Source of the DNA: Dehalococcoidia bacterium
GTDB taxonomy: Bacteria > Chloroflexota > Dehalococcoidia > Plut-88900
Direction of reading: 5' to 3'
Length of the DNA stretch: 64,000 nucleotides
NCBI GenBank assembly: GCA_965197585.1
Contig: OZ240215.1
Coordinates: 704,001-768,000 of the forward strand
This document shows, piece after piece, positions 40,320-51,455 of the stretch; position 1 is the stretch's first letter; every line of letters begins with the position of its first letter. A model generated the notes under the pieces. The model saw nothing but the letters and a program-made list of their open reading frames with translations, did not search any database and had not been told where the DNA came from. The position numbers were made by a program, and so were the translations under genes.

Positions 40320-41357
40320 TTGGTGGGGCAGAAGATGGAGACTCAAACATACAACATAGATTCGGTATTGGAGAGCCTGGACGAAGAGGAAGAGACAGTT
40401 GTTGCCATAAAGACCGCGGTTGTCGAAGAGGAGGATGACAGGTATGTCCAGCAGGAACTGGTAGACGAGCCGCTTAAAGCTTATCTGAGAGAGATAGGCG
40501 CCTCAGCCTTGTTGACCTTCGAGGAGGAGAAATCGCTGGCAAGGGCCATCGAGTTCGGCGCGGAAGCGAAGGCGAAGCTGGAGGGTGGAGGGTCAGATGT
40601 GGAGGGCCGATTGTCTTTGGAGCAGGCGGAACAGGTCGGGGCGTCGTCGCGGCGTCGAATGACCGAGTCGAATCTCCGGCTGGTGGTTAGCATCGCTAAA
40701 AAGTATCAGGGCAAAGGTTTGCCTCTACTGGACTTGATCCAGGAAGGAAACCTGGGACTGATCAGGGCCGTCGACAAATACGACTACCGACGGGGATTCC
40801 GGTTCAGCACCTATGCAACCTGGTGGATCCGCCAAGGCGTGATGAGAGCTCTGACCGACAAGGGTCACACGATCCGGCTGCCAGTGCACTTGAGCGAAAC
40901 AGCATCAAAGGTTGAGAAGGCTACTCAAGCCCTGACCCAGGAGTTGGGCAGGCGACCCCAGGGAGAAGAGGTAGCCGAGGCAACGGGGATAGACCCCAAC
41001 AAGATCAAGCGAATCATGAGGGCGTGGCAGCAGCCGGCATCTCTGGACCAGCCTCAGGGGAGCGCGGGGCTGCTTCTGGGCAGCACGTTGACAGACCATG
41101 ATGCTCCCTCGCCCGATGAAACCCTGTCCCAGACACTGCTCAGAGGACACCTGGACTTGATGCTGGACGAGCTCAACCCTCGGGAGCGGGAAGTGCTGGA
41201 GATGAGGTTCGGATTGAAGGACGGAAGAGAGCACACCCTGAAGGACATTGGGGAGGTGTTAGGCGTTACCCGAGAACGGGTGAGGCAGATTCAGAGCGGA
41301 GCAGTGGCCAAACTGAACAAGAAATCGTCGAGGGAGCTTCTGGAGGGATATCTGTAG
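40320..41357 (+). CDS. RpoD/SigA-family sigma-70 factor (probably a non-primary paralog)
   Basis: Region 1.2 (YLREIG), region 2 (NLRLVVSIAKKY, DLIQEGN, FSTYATWWIRQ), region 4 (TRERVRQI). Confidence 0.92.
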   Translation: MVGQKMETQTYNIDSVLESLDEEEETVVAIKTAVVEEEDDRYVQQELVDEPLKAYLREIGASALLTFEEEKSLARAIEFGAEAKAKLEGGGSDVEGRLSLEQAEQVGASSRRRMTESNLRLVVSIAKKYQGKGLPLLDLIQEGNLGLIRAVDKYDYRRGFRFSTYATWWIRQGVMRALTDKGHTIRLPVHLSETASKVEKATQALTQELGRRPQGEEVAEATGIDPNKIKRIMRAWQQPASLDQPQGSAGLLLGSTLTDHDAPSPDETLSQTLLRGHLDLMLDELNPREREVLEMRFGLKDGREHTLKDIGEVLGVTRERVRQIQSGAVAKLNKKSSRELLEGYL

Positions 41358-41392
41358 AGGGTTAGCCTTTCGTAAAGCTCCTGACTTGGTTG

Positions 41393-41430
41393 GGGGTGAA
41401 AGCGCCACGTGTGCTTTCACCCCTGTTTTG
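41393..41430 (+). terminator. Intrinsic terminator after sigma factor
   Basis: GGGGTGAAAGC..GCTTTCACCCC followed by TGTTTTG. Confidence 0.75.
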
Positions 41431-41532
41431 TGTAGAATTCGAGGCTATGTATTCGCTAGTGAGGCTGATGTGAGATCTAGGCAAGCGAGGTCATGCGCCC
41501 CTAGAAAAAGCTTGCAACTAAGGAGCTAGGAT

Positions 41533-42426
41533 TTGACCGTGAAGCAGACAGAAACCGTTGTTCGGCCAAGCTGGGTGTCAGACGAGATGTTCCCTTTCGA
41601 GAGTCGGTTCTTCACCACGAAAGAAGGACACTCGATGCACTACGTTGATGAAGGATCGGGGGAACCCGTCGTATTCGTGCACGGCAATCCGACCTGGTCC
41701 TTCGAGTTTCGGCACCTGATAAGCGGGCTCCGTTCCGAGTTCCGGTGTATTGCGCCGGACCATGTGGGATTCGGGCTGTCGTCACGCAGCAATCGCAAAG
41801 AGGACCACCATCCCACAGCCCATGCGGAACGGTTCGCGGAATTGATGGAAAAGCTGGACGTTCGGGACGCGACGCTCTTCATGTCGGACTGGGGAGGGCC
41901 TATAGGTCTCGACTTCGCGCGTCAGCATCCTGACAGAGTTAAGCGGATTGTGATTGCGAACACGTGGTGCTGGCCGGTGTCCCGCGACTTTCACTTCATA
42001 CAGTTCAGTTGTGCTATGCGGAGCTGGATCGGGCAGTTGCTGATCAAACAGTTCAATTTCTTTGTAACCAAGGTAATACCAAAGGCTGTCGGGAACAGGG
42101 CAATCCTTACGCCCGAAGTGATGTACCACTACCGTAACGCCCAACCGAAAGGCGCGCGCTTGGCTTGTGCGGCGCTTCCGGGTCATATAGTAGGTGCGTC
42201 TGACTTTCTCGGGTCGATTTGGGACGAACGCCGGACATTCGTGGACAAGCCTGCCCTGGTCTTTTGGGGTTTCCGGGACATCGCATTCCGGAAGAAAGAG
42301 TTTGAACGTTGGAAGTCGGAGCTTTCGGACTGCAAAGTGCACGAATTGGAAGACTGTGGGCATTTCCTCGCTGAAGAGGCGCCGGAGAGAATTTTGCCGC
42401 CGCTTCGGGAGTTCATGCTGAGATAA
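41533..42426 (+). CDS. Alpha/beta hydrolase, haloalkane dehalogenase-like
   Basis: MHYVDEG, HGNPTW, nucleophile SDWGG, GHFLAEE. Confidence 0.85.
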   Translation: MTVKQTETVVRPSWVSDEMFPFESRFFTTKEGHSMHYVDEGSGEPVVFVHGNPTWSFEFRHLISGLRSEFRCIAPDHVGFGLSSRSNRKEDHHPTAHAERFAELMEKLDVRDATLFMSDWGGPIGLDFARQHPDRVKRIVIANTWCWPVSRDFHFIQFSCAMRSWIGQLLIKQFNFFVTKVIPKAVGNRAILTPEVMYHYRNAQPKGARLACAALPGHIVGASDFLGSIWDERRTFVDKPALVFWGFRDIAFRKKEFERWKSELSDCKVHELEDCGHFLAEEAPERILPPLREFMLR

Positions 42427-42523
42427 GAGGGCGTAAGGGAGGGGGCGGGGAATCGGACGTTTGATATGACTTTGGGGGTTAACCTATAATCCCCCAGCTA
42501 ATGTTCAAGGTAGGTGAGAGACT

Positions 42524-44317
42524 TTGTTAAAGAGTGTCGGTTGTGGAGAGCTCAGGGCTACAGACACAGGTCGGGATGTAACGCTGGCGGGGTGGGTGCA
42601 TCGAAGGCGAGACCACGGTGGCCTGATATTCATCGACCTGAGAGACAGGTCGGGCATCGTGCAGGTAGTGCTCAATCCCAGGGAGTCTCCCGAGGCACAC
42701 GAAACTGGGACGCAGTTTCGCAATGAGTGGGTGGTACAGGTGAAGGGGCAGGTCGGGACTCGGCCCGCGGGCACTGAGAACCCCGATCTACCGACTGGGG
42801 AGATAGAGGTGAACGCTCGGGCGGTGCAAGTGCTCAACCCATCTTTGACTCCTCCCTTCTACGTCAATGAAGAAACGGAAGTAGAAGAAGGCCTCAGGCT
42901 CAAGCATCGATATCTGGACCTGAGAAGACAGAGACTCCAGCGCAACATCGCACTGAGGCACCGAGTCGTCAAATACATTCGGGACTACCTGGACGAAGAG
43001 GGTTTCCTCGAAATCGAGACGCCGGTATTGATAAAGAGCACGCCGGAAGGGGCACGGGACTACCTGGTGCCCAGCCGGGTACACCCTGGCACTTTCTACG
43101 CCCTGCCCCAGTCTCCCCAGCAGTTGAAACAGCTGCTTATGGTATCGGGGTTCGAGAAGTATTTTCAGATTGCCAGGTGCTTCCGAGACGAAGACCTGAG
43201 GGCCGACCGACAGCCGGAGTTCACCCAGCTGGACCTGGAGATGAGCTTTGTGGATGAGGACGACGTGCTGGGTCTCACCGAGGCCCTGTTTACGGGGCTC
43301 GCGGAGACCGTAACGCCGGAGAAGGGCCTGACAAAACCTTTCCCACGTCTGACCTATGCAGAATCTATGAGACGATACGGGACGGACAAACCAGACCTGC
43401 GCTTCGGGCTGGAGCTTGAAGAACTAACGGACGTGGTGAAGGACTCTGGGTTCAAGGTTTTTCAGTCGGTGGTTGCGAGCGGTGGGACGATAAAGGGGTT
43501 CCGGGCCCCTGGCTGCTCGGGTTACAGCCGCAGACAGCTTGATGCGCTGATAGAGTTCGCGAAGGAACGGGGGGCCAAGGGGCTGGTGACCATTGCACTG
43601 GAAGGGGCGCCGGACTCGGAGGGGAGGTGGGAGGCGGGTAACGTGAAGTCGGCTGTCACCCGATTTCTTTCAGAGGAGGAACTCAACGGGGTAATTCACG
43701 GTCTTAATGCAGAGACGGGTGACCTTGTAATGATTGTTGCGGGGGATGAAAAATCGACGAATGCGGCCCTGTCGGCGCTCAGGAATGAGATGGGGCAGAG
43801 GCTGGGACTAGCGGACCCGGAGGAGTTGGCCTTCATGTTCGTGGTGGACTTCCCATTGGTTGAATGGAACGACGACCAGGGCAGGTGGGACGCTACGCAC
43901 CATCCGTTCACCTCACCAAGGGAGGAAGACTTGGGGTTGATGGACACCGACCCCGGGTCGGTGCGGGCCCGGTGTTACGACATGGTGTGTAACGGACAAG
44001 AGGTGGCCAGCGGCAGCATCAGAATCCACGACCGAGGGCTACAACAGAAGGTATTCAAACTGCTGAACTATGACGAAGAGGAGGCCCAGGCGCGATTCGG
44101 CCACCTTTTGGAAGCGTTTGAGTACGGGGCACCGCCTCACGGAGGCATAGCCCCGGGGATCGACCGGCTTGTGGCTATACTCGCTGGAGAAGAGAGTATC
44201 CGCGAAGTCATAGCATTCCCGAAAAACCAGAGCGCGATAGATGTGATGACGGCCGCGCCGGCCCCCGTGAGCCTACAGCAACTCAAGGACTTGCATCTGC
44301 GGGTGACCGAGGATTGA
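42524..44317 (+). CDS. aspS: Aspartate--tRNA ligase (probably non-discriminating Asp/Asn)
   Basis: RRDHGG, RPAGT, STPEGARD, CFRDEDLRADRQPEF, PPHGG. Confidence 0.97.
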   Translation: MLKSVGCGELRATDTGRDVTLAGWVHRRRDHGGLIFIDLRDRSGIVQVVLNPRESPEAHETGTQFRNEWVVQVKGQVGTRPAGTENPDLPTGEIEVNARAVQVLNPSLTPPFYVNEETEVEEGLRLKHRYLDLRRQRLQRNIALRHRVVKYIRDYLDEEGFLEIETPVLIKSTPEGARDYLVPSRVHPGTFYALPQSPQQLKQLLMVSGFEKYFQIARCFRDEDLRADRQPEFTQLDLEMSFVDEDDVLGLTEALFTGLAETVTPEKGLTKPFPRLTYAESMRRYGTDKPDLRFGLELEELTDVVKDSGFKVFQSVVASGGTIKGFRAPGCSGYSRRQLDALIEFAKERGAKGLVTIALEGAPDSEGRWEAGNVKSAVTRFLSEEELNGVIHGLNAETGDLVMIVAGDEKSTNAALSALRNEMGQRLGLADPEELAFMFVVDFPLVEWNDDQGRWDATHHPFTSPREEDLGLMDTDPGSVRARCYDMVCNGQEVASGSIRIHDRGLQQKVFKLLNYDEEEAQARFGHLLEAFEYGAPPHGGIAPGIDRLVAILAGEESIREVIAFPKNQSAIDVMTAAPAPVSLQQLKDLHLRVTED

Positions 44318-44403
44318 ATAAGCGCAAGTGTGCGGGCGTGGTGTGCTATACTTTTCACGAAGTCGAATCCAAATTTTCCCATTCCTAAGAGAGTTCTCTT
44401 CCC

Positions 44404-45759
44404 TTGAAAGTCACCACTGAAAAACTACCCAAAAGCCGCATGCTTCTCACCATTGAGGTCGAAGATGTGGAGCTCGAAAATTCGCTAAAGAAGACGTACA
44501 AAAGCCTGGCCCAGCGTGTTAGGGTCCCGGGGTTCAGGCCGGGCAAAACGCCTCGGGCAGTCCTGCAGAGCTTTGTCGGGAAGGACGCTGTCGTTCACGA
44601 GGCGATGCACGACCTGGCCCCAGAACTGGTGCAGAAGGCAATCAAGGAAGAGGGGTTGGACGCAATCGACACCCCTGAGGTGGATGTGGACACCGGGGAC
44701 ACGATGGTGATCAAGGCCACGGTGCCCCTGCCCCCCACGGTGGAATTGGGTGACTACAAGTCGATCAGAGTCAGTCAAGACCCCGTGGAAGTGAAGCCCG
44801 AACAGGTGGAGGAGGCCATGGAGTCGGTGAGGACGAGGAATGCGCCCTGGGAGCAGGTGGACAGGCCGGTGGAATACGGAGACCTTTTGACTATCGACGT
44901 GGATGGAAAAGTCGACGGCAAATCCGTCATAAACGAAACAGGCGCGTCTTATAGCCCTGACCCAGAAATAGCCTTTCCGGTGCCGGGTTTCTCCCCGATG
45001 CTGGAGGGTATGGTCAAAGGCGGATCGAAGGAGTTCAACCTGACGTTGCCGGACAGCTTCAGGGAGGCTGAAATAGCGGGTAAGGAATGCAGTTTCGCCG
45101 TTACGGTGCAAGAAGTGAAGGCTAAACTGCCTGCTCCGCTGGACGACGATTTCGTGAAGAGCCTGGATGAGGAGTACGAGACCCTGGATGACTTCAGGGC
45201 GAAGATGACGGAGGCGATGGGGGAACACGCGCAGGCTTTGTCGGACCGCAAGTTTGAAGAAGACCTCATGGAGGCCCTGAAAGGCACTGCCTCAATCGAG
45301 GCTCCTCCGATTCTCACGGAGAGAGAAATAGACCACATAATAATGGACGAGGCCCGGGCCCTTACGCAAAGTGGCCTGCAGTTCGAAAGCTATCTGAAAG
45401 CCATCGGGAAGACGCCGGAAGAACTGAGAGAGGACCGGAGGGAGTCGGCGGAGAACCGGGTTACGACGTCGCTTATCTTGAATCGGCTGGCGGAGGTGGA
45501 GGAAGTGGAATCAAGCGACGAGGAGATAGACGAGGAGATCAAACAAGCGGAAGAGCAGGCCGACGCTGCTGACCCGGAGGCAATACAACGCCTGCACAGC
45601 GACGAAGTTCGCTCAAACATCGGAAATCGGATCAGGCTGAGAAAAGCACTGGACCGTATGAAAGAAATCGCTCAACAGGGCCCGGCGCTCGTGGTAGCGG
45701 GGTCGGAGTCTTCTATCGAGAACCCTAACGAAAATGAGGAGAAAGATGCGACCGGATAA
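44404..45759 (+). CDS. tig: Trigger factor
   Basis: [10 protein letters not shown] ribosome-binding loop, FKBP-like domain; upstream of clpP-clpX. Confidence 0.95.
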   Translation: MKVTTEKLPKSRMLLTIEVEDVELENSLKKTYKSLAQRVRVPGFRPGKTPRAVLQSFVGKDAVVHEAMHDLAPELVQKAIKEEGLDAIDTPEVDVDTGDTMVIKATVPLPPTVELGDYKSIRVSQDPVEVKPEQVEEAMESVRTRNAPWEQVDRPVEYGDLLTIDVDGKVDGKSVINETGASYSPDPEIAFPVPGFSPMLEGMVKGGSKEFNLTLPDSFREAEIAGKECSFAVTVQEVKAKLPAPLDDDFVKSLDEEYETLDDFRAKMTEAMGEHAQALSDRKFEEDLMEALKGTASIEAPPILTEREIDHIIMDEARALTQSGLQFESYLKAIGKTPEELREDRRESAENRVTTSLILNRLAEVEEVESSDEEIDEEIKQAEEQADAADPEAIQRLHSDEVRSNIGNRIRLRKALDRMKEIAQQGPALVVAGSESSIENPNENEEKDATG

Positions 45760-46363
45760 CGTGATACCGATGATAATCGAGAGCGGCGCCCGAGGTGACA
45801 GGGCGTTCGACATATATTCACTTCTGCTGAAGGAGCGGATCGTATTCCTGGGGACACCCATCACAGATCACGTGGCAAACCTGATCGTGGCGCAGCTCTT
45901 GTACCTCGAACGTGAGGATCCTGACAAAGACATCAACCTGTACATCAACTCACCCGGCGGCGTGATAAGCGCAGGCCTGGCGATCTACGACACGATGCGG
46001 CTTGTGCAGTGCGACGTATCGACGATCTGCGTCGGTATGACGGCCAGCATGGGCACGGTACTGCTGAGCGGAGGAAAAGCGGGCAAGCGGTTCGCACTGC
46101 CCAATGCCACGGTACACATGCACCAGCCGATGGGTGGAGCCCAGGGACAAGCCTCTGACATTGAGATTGCTGCCAGGGAGATACTGCGACTGCAGGACAA
46201 GCTGAGGCGCATTCTGTCCGAAAACACGGGTCAGGACATCGAGAAGATTGCCAGGGACACCGACCGGGACATTTACCTGAGTGCGGAAGAGGCGAGGGAT
46301 TACGGGTTGGTGGACAAGGTTGTGGGAGCTGTAGAGGAGAGTAAGGACAAGAAGTCCGAGTAA
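45746..46363 (+). CDS. clpP: ClpP protease proteolytic subunit
   Basis: [30 protein letters not shown]; SD GAGGAG before ATG 45746. Confidence 0.97.
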   Translation: MRPDNVIPMIIESGARGDRAFDIYSLLLKERIVFLGTPITDHVANLIVAQLLYLEREDPDKDINLYINSPGGVISAGLAIYDTMRLVQCDVSTICVGMTASMGTVLLSGGKAGKRFALPNATVHMHQPMGGAQGQASDIEIAAREILRLQDKLRRILSENTGQDIEKIARDTDRDIYLSAEEARDYGLVDKVVGAVEESKDKKSE

Positions 46364-46392
46364 GCGGGGCCACGGGCCCGGACTGAGGCCAC

Positions 46393-47724
46393 ATGCCCGA
46401 CGACAGGGACGCAAGAACAAGATACGCCTGCTCCTTCTGCTCCAAGAGCCCGCCGGACGTCAAAAAACTGATAGGTGGGCAGGAGCAGACCTACATCTGC
46501 GACAACTGCGTCGCGCTTTGTCAACAGCTGATAGACGAGGACCAGGTTTCGCCAGACGATGGCTTGGGTCTCGACCAGCTTCCGACTCCAAGAGAGCTCT
46601 ACGAAAAGCTCAGCGAGTATGTAGTTGGACAGGCGCGGGCGAAGAAAGTTCTTAGCGTAGCCGTTTACAACCATTACAAACGCATCAATAACAGCAGGGG
46701 CCCGGATGGGGACGTGGAGCTGGACAAGACCAACATCCTGCTGGTGGGCCCCACGGGATGCGGCAAGACCCTTCTGGCCCAGACCCTCGCCAAGATCCTG
46801 AAGGTCCCCTTCGCCATTGCGGATGCAACTACGCTGACGGAGGCCGGTTACGTCGGGGAGGACGTGGAGAACATTCTTCTTCGCATTATCCAGGCGGCGG
46901 AGTATGACGTGAATCGGGCGCAGCGGGGCATCATATATATCGATGAGATAGACAAGATTTCGCGCAAGAGCGCCAATCCCTCGATAACAAGAGACGTGTC
47001 GGGGGAGGGGGTCCAGCAGGCGCTGCTGAAGGTCATTGAAGGGTGTGTAGCTAACGTCCCGCCTCAAGGCGGCCGCAAACACCCGCACCAGGAATATATC
47101 CAGCTGGATACGTCCAACATACTATTCATATGCGGTGGCGCCTTTGACGGGCTGGATGAGTTGATTGAGCAGCGGGTCAACAAAGATGTAGTGAGCATCG
47201 GATTCAACTCGGTTACGGGGCGCGGGCTGAAGGGCTCGGAAGAGATACTGAACCTCGTGGAGCCCGAGGACCTGCTGAAATACGGGTTGATCCCGGAACT
47301 GATAGGCAGACTGCCAGTGATGGCGGCGGTCGGGGCCCTGGATCGGGAGTCATTGATCACGGTGCTGACCCAGCCGAAGAACGCGCTGGTGAAGCAGTAT
47401 CATCGTATTTTCGAACTGGACGGGGTGGACCTGGAATTCACCGATGCGGCCCTGGAACGGGCAGCGGACATGGCCGTCAAACTGAAGACCGGGGCTCGGG
47501 GATTGCGGTCGATACTGGAAGAGGCGTTGATGGAGGCCATGTACCAGGCGCCCTCGATTGATAATGTCGAAAAGTGCTACGTTGATGAAAAGGCGATAGC
47601 CGGGGAACGACCACCCTTGCTGCTCACCTCCGACGGCAAGACTGTGGAAGTGATGCCGGACTTGGACGAGGCCCCGACCAACCTGCGCCTGGACGCGCCG
47701 CCAGAGATAGAGAAGACCGCTTAA
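46393..47724 (+). CDS. clpX: ClpX ATPase
   Basis: CSFC..CDNC zinc finger, [24 protein letters not shown] loop. Confidence 0.98.
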   Translation: MPDDRDARTRYACSFCSKSPPDVKKLIGGQEQTYICDNCVALCQQLIDEDQVSPDDGLGLDQLPTPRELYEKLSEYVVGQARAKKVLSVAVYNHYKRINNSRGPDGDVELDKTNILLVGPTGCGKTLLAQTLAKILKVPFAIADATTLTEAGYVGEDVENILLRIIQAAEYDVNRAQRGIIYIDEIDKISRKSANPSITRDVSGEGVQQALLKVIEGCVANVPPQGGRKHPHQEYIQLDTSNILFICGGAFDGLDELIEQRVNKDVVSIGFNSVTGRGLKGSEEILNLVEPEDLLKYGLIPELIGRLPVMAAVGALDRESLITVLTQPKNALVKQYHRIFELDGVDLEFTDAALERAADMAVKLKTGARGLRSILEEALMEAMYQAPSIDNVEKCYVDEKAIAGERPPLLLTSDGKTVEVMPDLDEAPTNLRLDAPPEIEKTA

Positions 47725-47743
47725 GACACCCGGGGGACGGAAT

Positions 47744-48544
47744 ATGAGCGAAGACATAAAGTCCCACTTGTTGGTTGAGAAGAAAGGGCGTATAGCCTAC
47801 GTGACCCTGAACCGGCCAGAGGTCTTGAATGCGCTGACTGAGGCGCACTGGCAACAGTTGGCCAATACATGGAGAGCCCTGGACGACGATCCCGACGTGT
47901 GGGTGATCATCATCACGGGGTCGGGGGAGCGGGCGTTCTGCACTGGGCAGGACCTAAAGGACGTGGCGAAGGAAGGGCCGGAAGCTTGGAGAGGGGCATA
48001 CTCGGTGGAGAATCCACCGGGTATGCCGAACATGTACGAGATGTACACCGGAACCCCGGCCATCGCTGCGATAAACGGTTTCTGTATAGCAGGAGGGCTG
48101 GAGATCGCGCTCAGCTGCGACATAAGGGTGGCGGCAGAGCATGCGCAGTTCGGCCTGCAGGAAGTGCGGTGGGGAATCATTCCCAGCGGTGGTGGAGTAG
48201 ACAGGCTGCCGAGGGCGATGCCCATGTGCATAGCAATGGAGTTGCTGCTCACGGGGGGAAGGATCGACGCGCAAGAGGCGCACAGGACGGGCCTGATCAA
48301 CAGGGTAGTTGCGGCGGACCAGGTGATGTCGACGGCGGAGGAGATTGCGGAAAAGATATGCCGGAACGGGCCTCTGGCTGTGCGGGCCATCAAGGAATCC
48401 GTTCAGCGAGGATACAACCTGACGCTTCCGCAGGCCTTCCAATTCGAAAAGGTGTTCAGCACTCTACTGGGCACCACGGAAGACGCAGTAGAAGGGCCTC
48501 TGGCCTTTTCCGAAAAGCGGCAGCCGGAGTTCAAGAGCAGGTAG
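47744..48544 (+). CDS. Enoyl-CoA hydratase/isomerase
   Basis: LNRPEVLNAL, AFCTGQDL, AGGLE, EVRWG, AFSEKR. Confidence 0.92.
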   Translation: MSEDIKSHLLVEKKGRIAYVTLNRPEVLNALTEAHWQQLANTWRALDDDPDVWVIIITGSGERAFCTGQDLKDVAKEGPEAWRGAYSVENPPGMPNMYEMYTGTPAIAAINGFCIAGGLEIALSCDIRVAAEHAQFGLQEVRWGIIPSGGGVDRLPRAMPMCIAMELLLTGGRIDAQEAHRTGLINRVVAADQVMSTAEEIAEKICRNGPLAVRAIKESVQRGYNLTLPQAFQFEKVFSTLLGTTEDAVEGPLAFSEKRQPEFKSR

Positions 48545-48598
48545 TCGGGGGCTCACCGGATGCCCGCAAGGAATTAGTACGTTGTCCCGGAGGGACCC

Positions 48599-49384
48599 AT
48601 GCCGCAGGTAATTTTCGAAAAAAAGGACCGGATAGCGTACCTCACCATCAACAGGCCGGAGAAGATGAATGCCCTGAACGCTGAGGTGGTGAACGGCCTG
48701 AACTCAGCCTGGCACGACATAGAGAACGATACGGATGTCTGGTGCACTATCGTGACAGGGGCGGGGGGAAGGGCGTTCTCGGCGGGCGCGGACCTGAAGG
48801 AGATGTCGGACAGGAGGAGGGGAGAGGGCAGAGGCGAGGGACTGCTGGCCGAGGTTCGGTCCATGGGGTTCTGGCGAACGAGCGACCTGACAAAACCGGT
48901 CATCGCAGCTGTGGACGGCTACTGCCTTGCCGGGGGCCTGGAACTGGCCTTGGCGTGTGACTTCATTATCGCTTCGGACAGGTCGCACTTTGGGCTTTCG
49001 GAAGTTCTCAGGGCGATCATTCCCGGGGGTGGGGGGACGCAGAGGCTGCCTCGGGCGATACCCTTTCGTAGGGCGCTGGAGGTGCTGTTGACCGGCGATC
49101 GACTCAACGCTCAGCAGGCCTACGACCTGGGTCTCGTGAACCGGGTGGTGAATCCCGAAGATGTGATGTCCACCGCCGAGGAGCTTGCAAACAAGATCAA
49201 CGCGAATGGGCCACTGGCGGTGCGGGCAATAAAGCAGCTGGCCTACCAGGGCATGGACATGCCTTTGGAGCAGGGGCTCCGGTTAGAGGAGCTGGTGTCG
49301 CAGCGGATCCACAAGACGGAGGACTCGAAGGAAGGACCTCTGGCGTTTGTGGAGAAGAGGAAGCCGAACTACAAGGGCCGGTAG
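48599..49384 (+). CDS. Enoyl-CoA hydratase/isomerase (tandem paralog)
   Basis: NRPEKMNAL, AFSAGADL, AGGLE, GGTQRLPR, AFVEKR. Confidence 0.92.
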   Translation: MPQVIFEKKDRIAYLTINRPEKMNALNAEVVNGLNSAWHDIENDTDVWCTIVTGAGGRAFSAGADLKEMSDRRRGEGRGEGLLAEVRSMGFWRTSDLTKPVIAAVDGYCLAGGLELALACDFIIASDRSHFGLSEVLRAIIPGGGGTQRLPRAIPFRRALEVLLTGDRLNAQQAYDLGLVNRVVNPEDVMSTAEELANKINANGPLAVRAIKQLAYQGMDMPLEQGLRLEELVSQRIHKTEDSKEGPLAFVEKRKPNYKGR

Positions 49385-49397
49385 GGTACACGCCGCC

Positions 49398-49631
49398 CCG
49401 CTCATACTTCGACGGGCCTATCACGAGCGAATAGTTCCGTTTGTTACTACTCTTCTGATGCCTTGACCCATTCTCACACCGCTCATACTGAGCCAAGTCG
49501 AAGGGTTGAGCGAAGCACGGCAACCCTTGTCGCTTCAATGGACCTTCCCCTCACCCCGCTCATACTTCGAGGGCCTCAGCACGAGCGGCCCCGCACCAGG
49601 ATTGGATTCTTTGGTCAAGGCCGAGAATGAC
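49398..49631. repeat. REP-like cluster between convergent genes
   Basis: Core variants at 49398-49429, about 49479-49512 and 49556-49588, plus GGATTC..GAATGAC at about 49604-49631. Confidence 0.8.
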
Positions 49632-49645
49632 GTGGAGTAGAAGCG

Positions 49646-50422
49646 CTAGGATTGCTTGATTGCAGACTCTATTTGAGGGGTGAGGTCTTGGGGTGGGGAG
49701 GGGTTGTGTGGCGTGGTTTGGATTTCGCCGCGGGAGAGGGCGGCCAGGGTCTCGACCAGAAGGGGGAGTTCCCTTTTCACGCCTTCGCTGCGTATTGCTT
49801 TGAAGAGGGGCGATTCTTCGCCGTAACGCTGGCGAATGTTGTCGAGGGAAGTTTGGGCTGCTTCTCTCCAGAGATCATCAAAGGCTGAGCCGCGGATGGG
49901 GTAGCGGCAGTAGGCGATGGTCGGGCCTTGGTCTAATTCCTCGGTGACTAGGTGAATTTTGACGCCACTGTAGTCTGTGCGCTGCTTGATTAGCTGCCAG
50001 ATGACATCCTGCCACGTTCCGTCGGGGCCGTTGGGGGCGGCGGGGTGGAGGTTGATCATTGGGAATTCTCGGCACAAGGCTGGGCTTACGATAAGCATGT
50101 AGCCGGCGAGGACGCAGAGGTCGGGTGAGAAGGGGGAGATTAGATCGGCGACTTCTCTGTCGTAGGCGGTGCGCCATTGTGTCGGGTCGCCAGTCCATTG
50201 GCGGCGAAATGCCCTCGAAGACCGGTGGATGACGGTGAGGCCGAGGGATTTAGCCAGGGCGAAGAATTGGTCGCTACCATCAGCCTCGCCCGGGGCCCGG
50301 TTGCTGAAGACGAAGCTGATTGTGGCCTGGATTCGGCCGCCGGTTATGGCTTCGTGGACGGTGGATAGGAGGGCGCGGGACCCGGGGCCGCGGCCCGTGG
50401 AGAACCAGCCGAGGTTGATCAT
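49646..50422 (-). CDS. purN: Phosphoribosylglycinamide formyltransferase
   Basis: STGRG, VFSNR, LAGYM, INLHPA, VTEELDQGP. Confidence 0.88.
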   Translation of the reverse strand: MINLGWFSTGRGPGSRALLSTVHEAITGGRIQATISFVFSNRAPGEADGSDQFFALAKSLGLTVIHRSSRAFRRQWTGDPTQWRTAYDREVADLISPFSPDLCVLAGYMLIVSPALCREFPMINLHPAAPNGPDGTWQDVIWQLIKQRTDYSGVKIHLVTEELDQGPTIAYCRYPIRGSAFDDLWREAAQTSLDNIRQRYGEESPLFKAIRSEGVKRELPLLVETLAALSRGEIQTTPHNPSPPQDLTPQIESAIKQS

Positions 50423-50441
50423 AGGGCCGAGGGGGTCGAGG

Positions 50442-50750
50442 CTAACCTAGGACTTCGCTGACTATGGCGACGGGCATGCCGGGCGAGTAGTAGTTGGGTA
50501 CGTCGCCAATGACCTTGGGAACTGTGGTGTCGTTCATGCCAGCGAGACGCTTTTCCTCGCTTTCGAAGTAGAGGTAGCCGATGCAGTGGATGGGGGAGTC
50601 GCTGCCGTCGGCGCCGCTGACAACGTTGTCCACGTCCCACTTGAATGCACCGAACTCGGCGGCGGCCATGGGCATGTGGGACTTGATGTAGTAATCGAGG
50701 TCGAAGGTGCTGTCTTCAGTCTTGTTATAGATGATCGCCATCCGGATCAT
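50442..50750 (-). CDS. EthD family protein
   Basis: FDLDYY..SHMP, YFES, DVPNY pattern. Confidence 0.8.
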   Translation of the reverse strand: MIRMAIIYNKTEDSTFDLDYYIKSHMPMAAAEFGAFKWDVDNVVSGADGSDSPIHCIGYLYFESEEKRLAGMNDTTVPKVIGDVPNYYSPGMPVAIVSEVLG

Positions 50751-50786
50751 GGTAGCCGCCTTTCCTGTATGGGTCGTTAGGAAGAG

Positions 50787-51425
50787 CTATTCCCAAATCT
50801 CGACTTTGAGGCGCTTGTTGCCCTGTTCGTCGCCGTCACCGTTGACGAAGGAGACGTCGCCGGCGGGGCAGGCGGAGAGGCCGACTAAGCAGTCCATCTC
50901 CGCGCGCATGTCGATGTAGCCGCCCTTGCCTGCGGCGGGGGCGTGGATGTGGTATCGACCTTCCTGGTCGTAGGTGACATTCATGAACATGTTGAAGACG
51001 TCGGGTACGTCCTCGGGGGTGATGCCGTGGGGCTCTAGGGCCTCCACGAGGTTGCCAAAGCAGCTACGGTGTCCGCCCTCTATGTTCCACACCTCGTATC
51101 GCTGGGGGGTGCACTTGGCCCCAATCATGGTCCAATGTAAGCCGACTGTGTCCTCGACGGTGGTGAACATAACGTTGAGGTGAGGGGGTCGGGAGTAGAA
51201 GTCCCGTACGCCATTGATTCCACCCGTGCCCTTGGCGCTGTTCATGACGAAGGTGTGGGACGAGTCGTAGTGCTCCTTGAAATTGTTGGCGTTGAAGGCC
51301 GTCCAGTCGCCGACCTGGGGGCCATCGATCATTATGACCCGCTGGATTTGACCCTTCTTCACATAGTAGGCGGCACCGTACTCTGCCGGAATCATTATCT
51401 CCTGGACCAGCTTACGTCCTTCCAT
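50787..51425 (-). CDS. DUF1989 / urea carboxylase-associated family protein
   Basis: GPQVGD, EDTVG.H, H.SC..NL, DVFN.FMN, RAEMD..VGLSACP. Confidence 0.85.
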   Translation of the reverse strand: MEGRKLVQEIMIPAEYGAAYYVKKGQIQRVIMIDGPQVGDWTAFNANNFKEHYDSSHTFVMNSAKGTGGINGVRDFYSRPPHLNVMFTTVEDTVGLHWTMIGAKCTPQRYEVWNIEGGHRSCFGNLVEALEPHGITPEDVPDVFNMFMNVTYDQEGRYHIHAPAAGKGGYIDMRAEMDCLVGLSACPAGDVSFVNGDGDEQGNKRLKVEIWE

Positions 51426-51455
51426 GTCTGCTCCTCCCCTGCCGGATTCTGTTTC

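Noticed and set aside
48820-48840. Second in-frame palindrome insertion (GEGRGEG in the enoyl-CoA hydratase)
   Set aside because: Resembles only one arm of the valS element, with several mismatches and no complementary arm; could be chance in purine-rich sequence.
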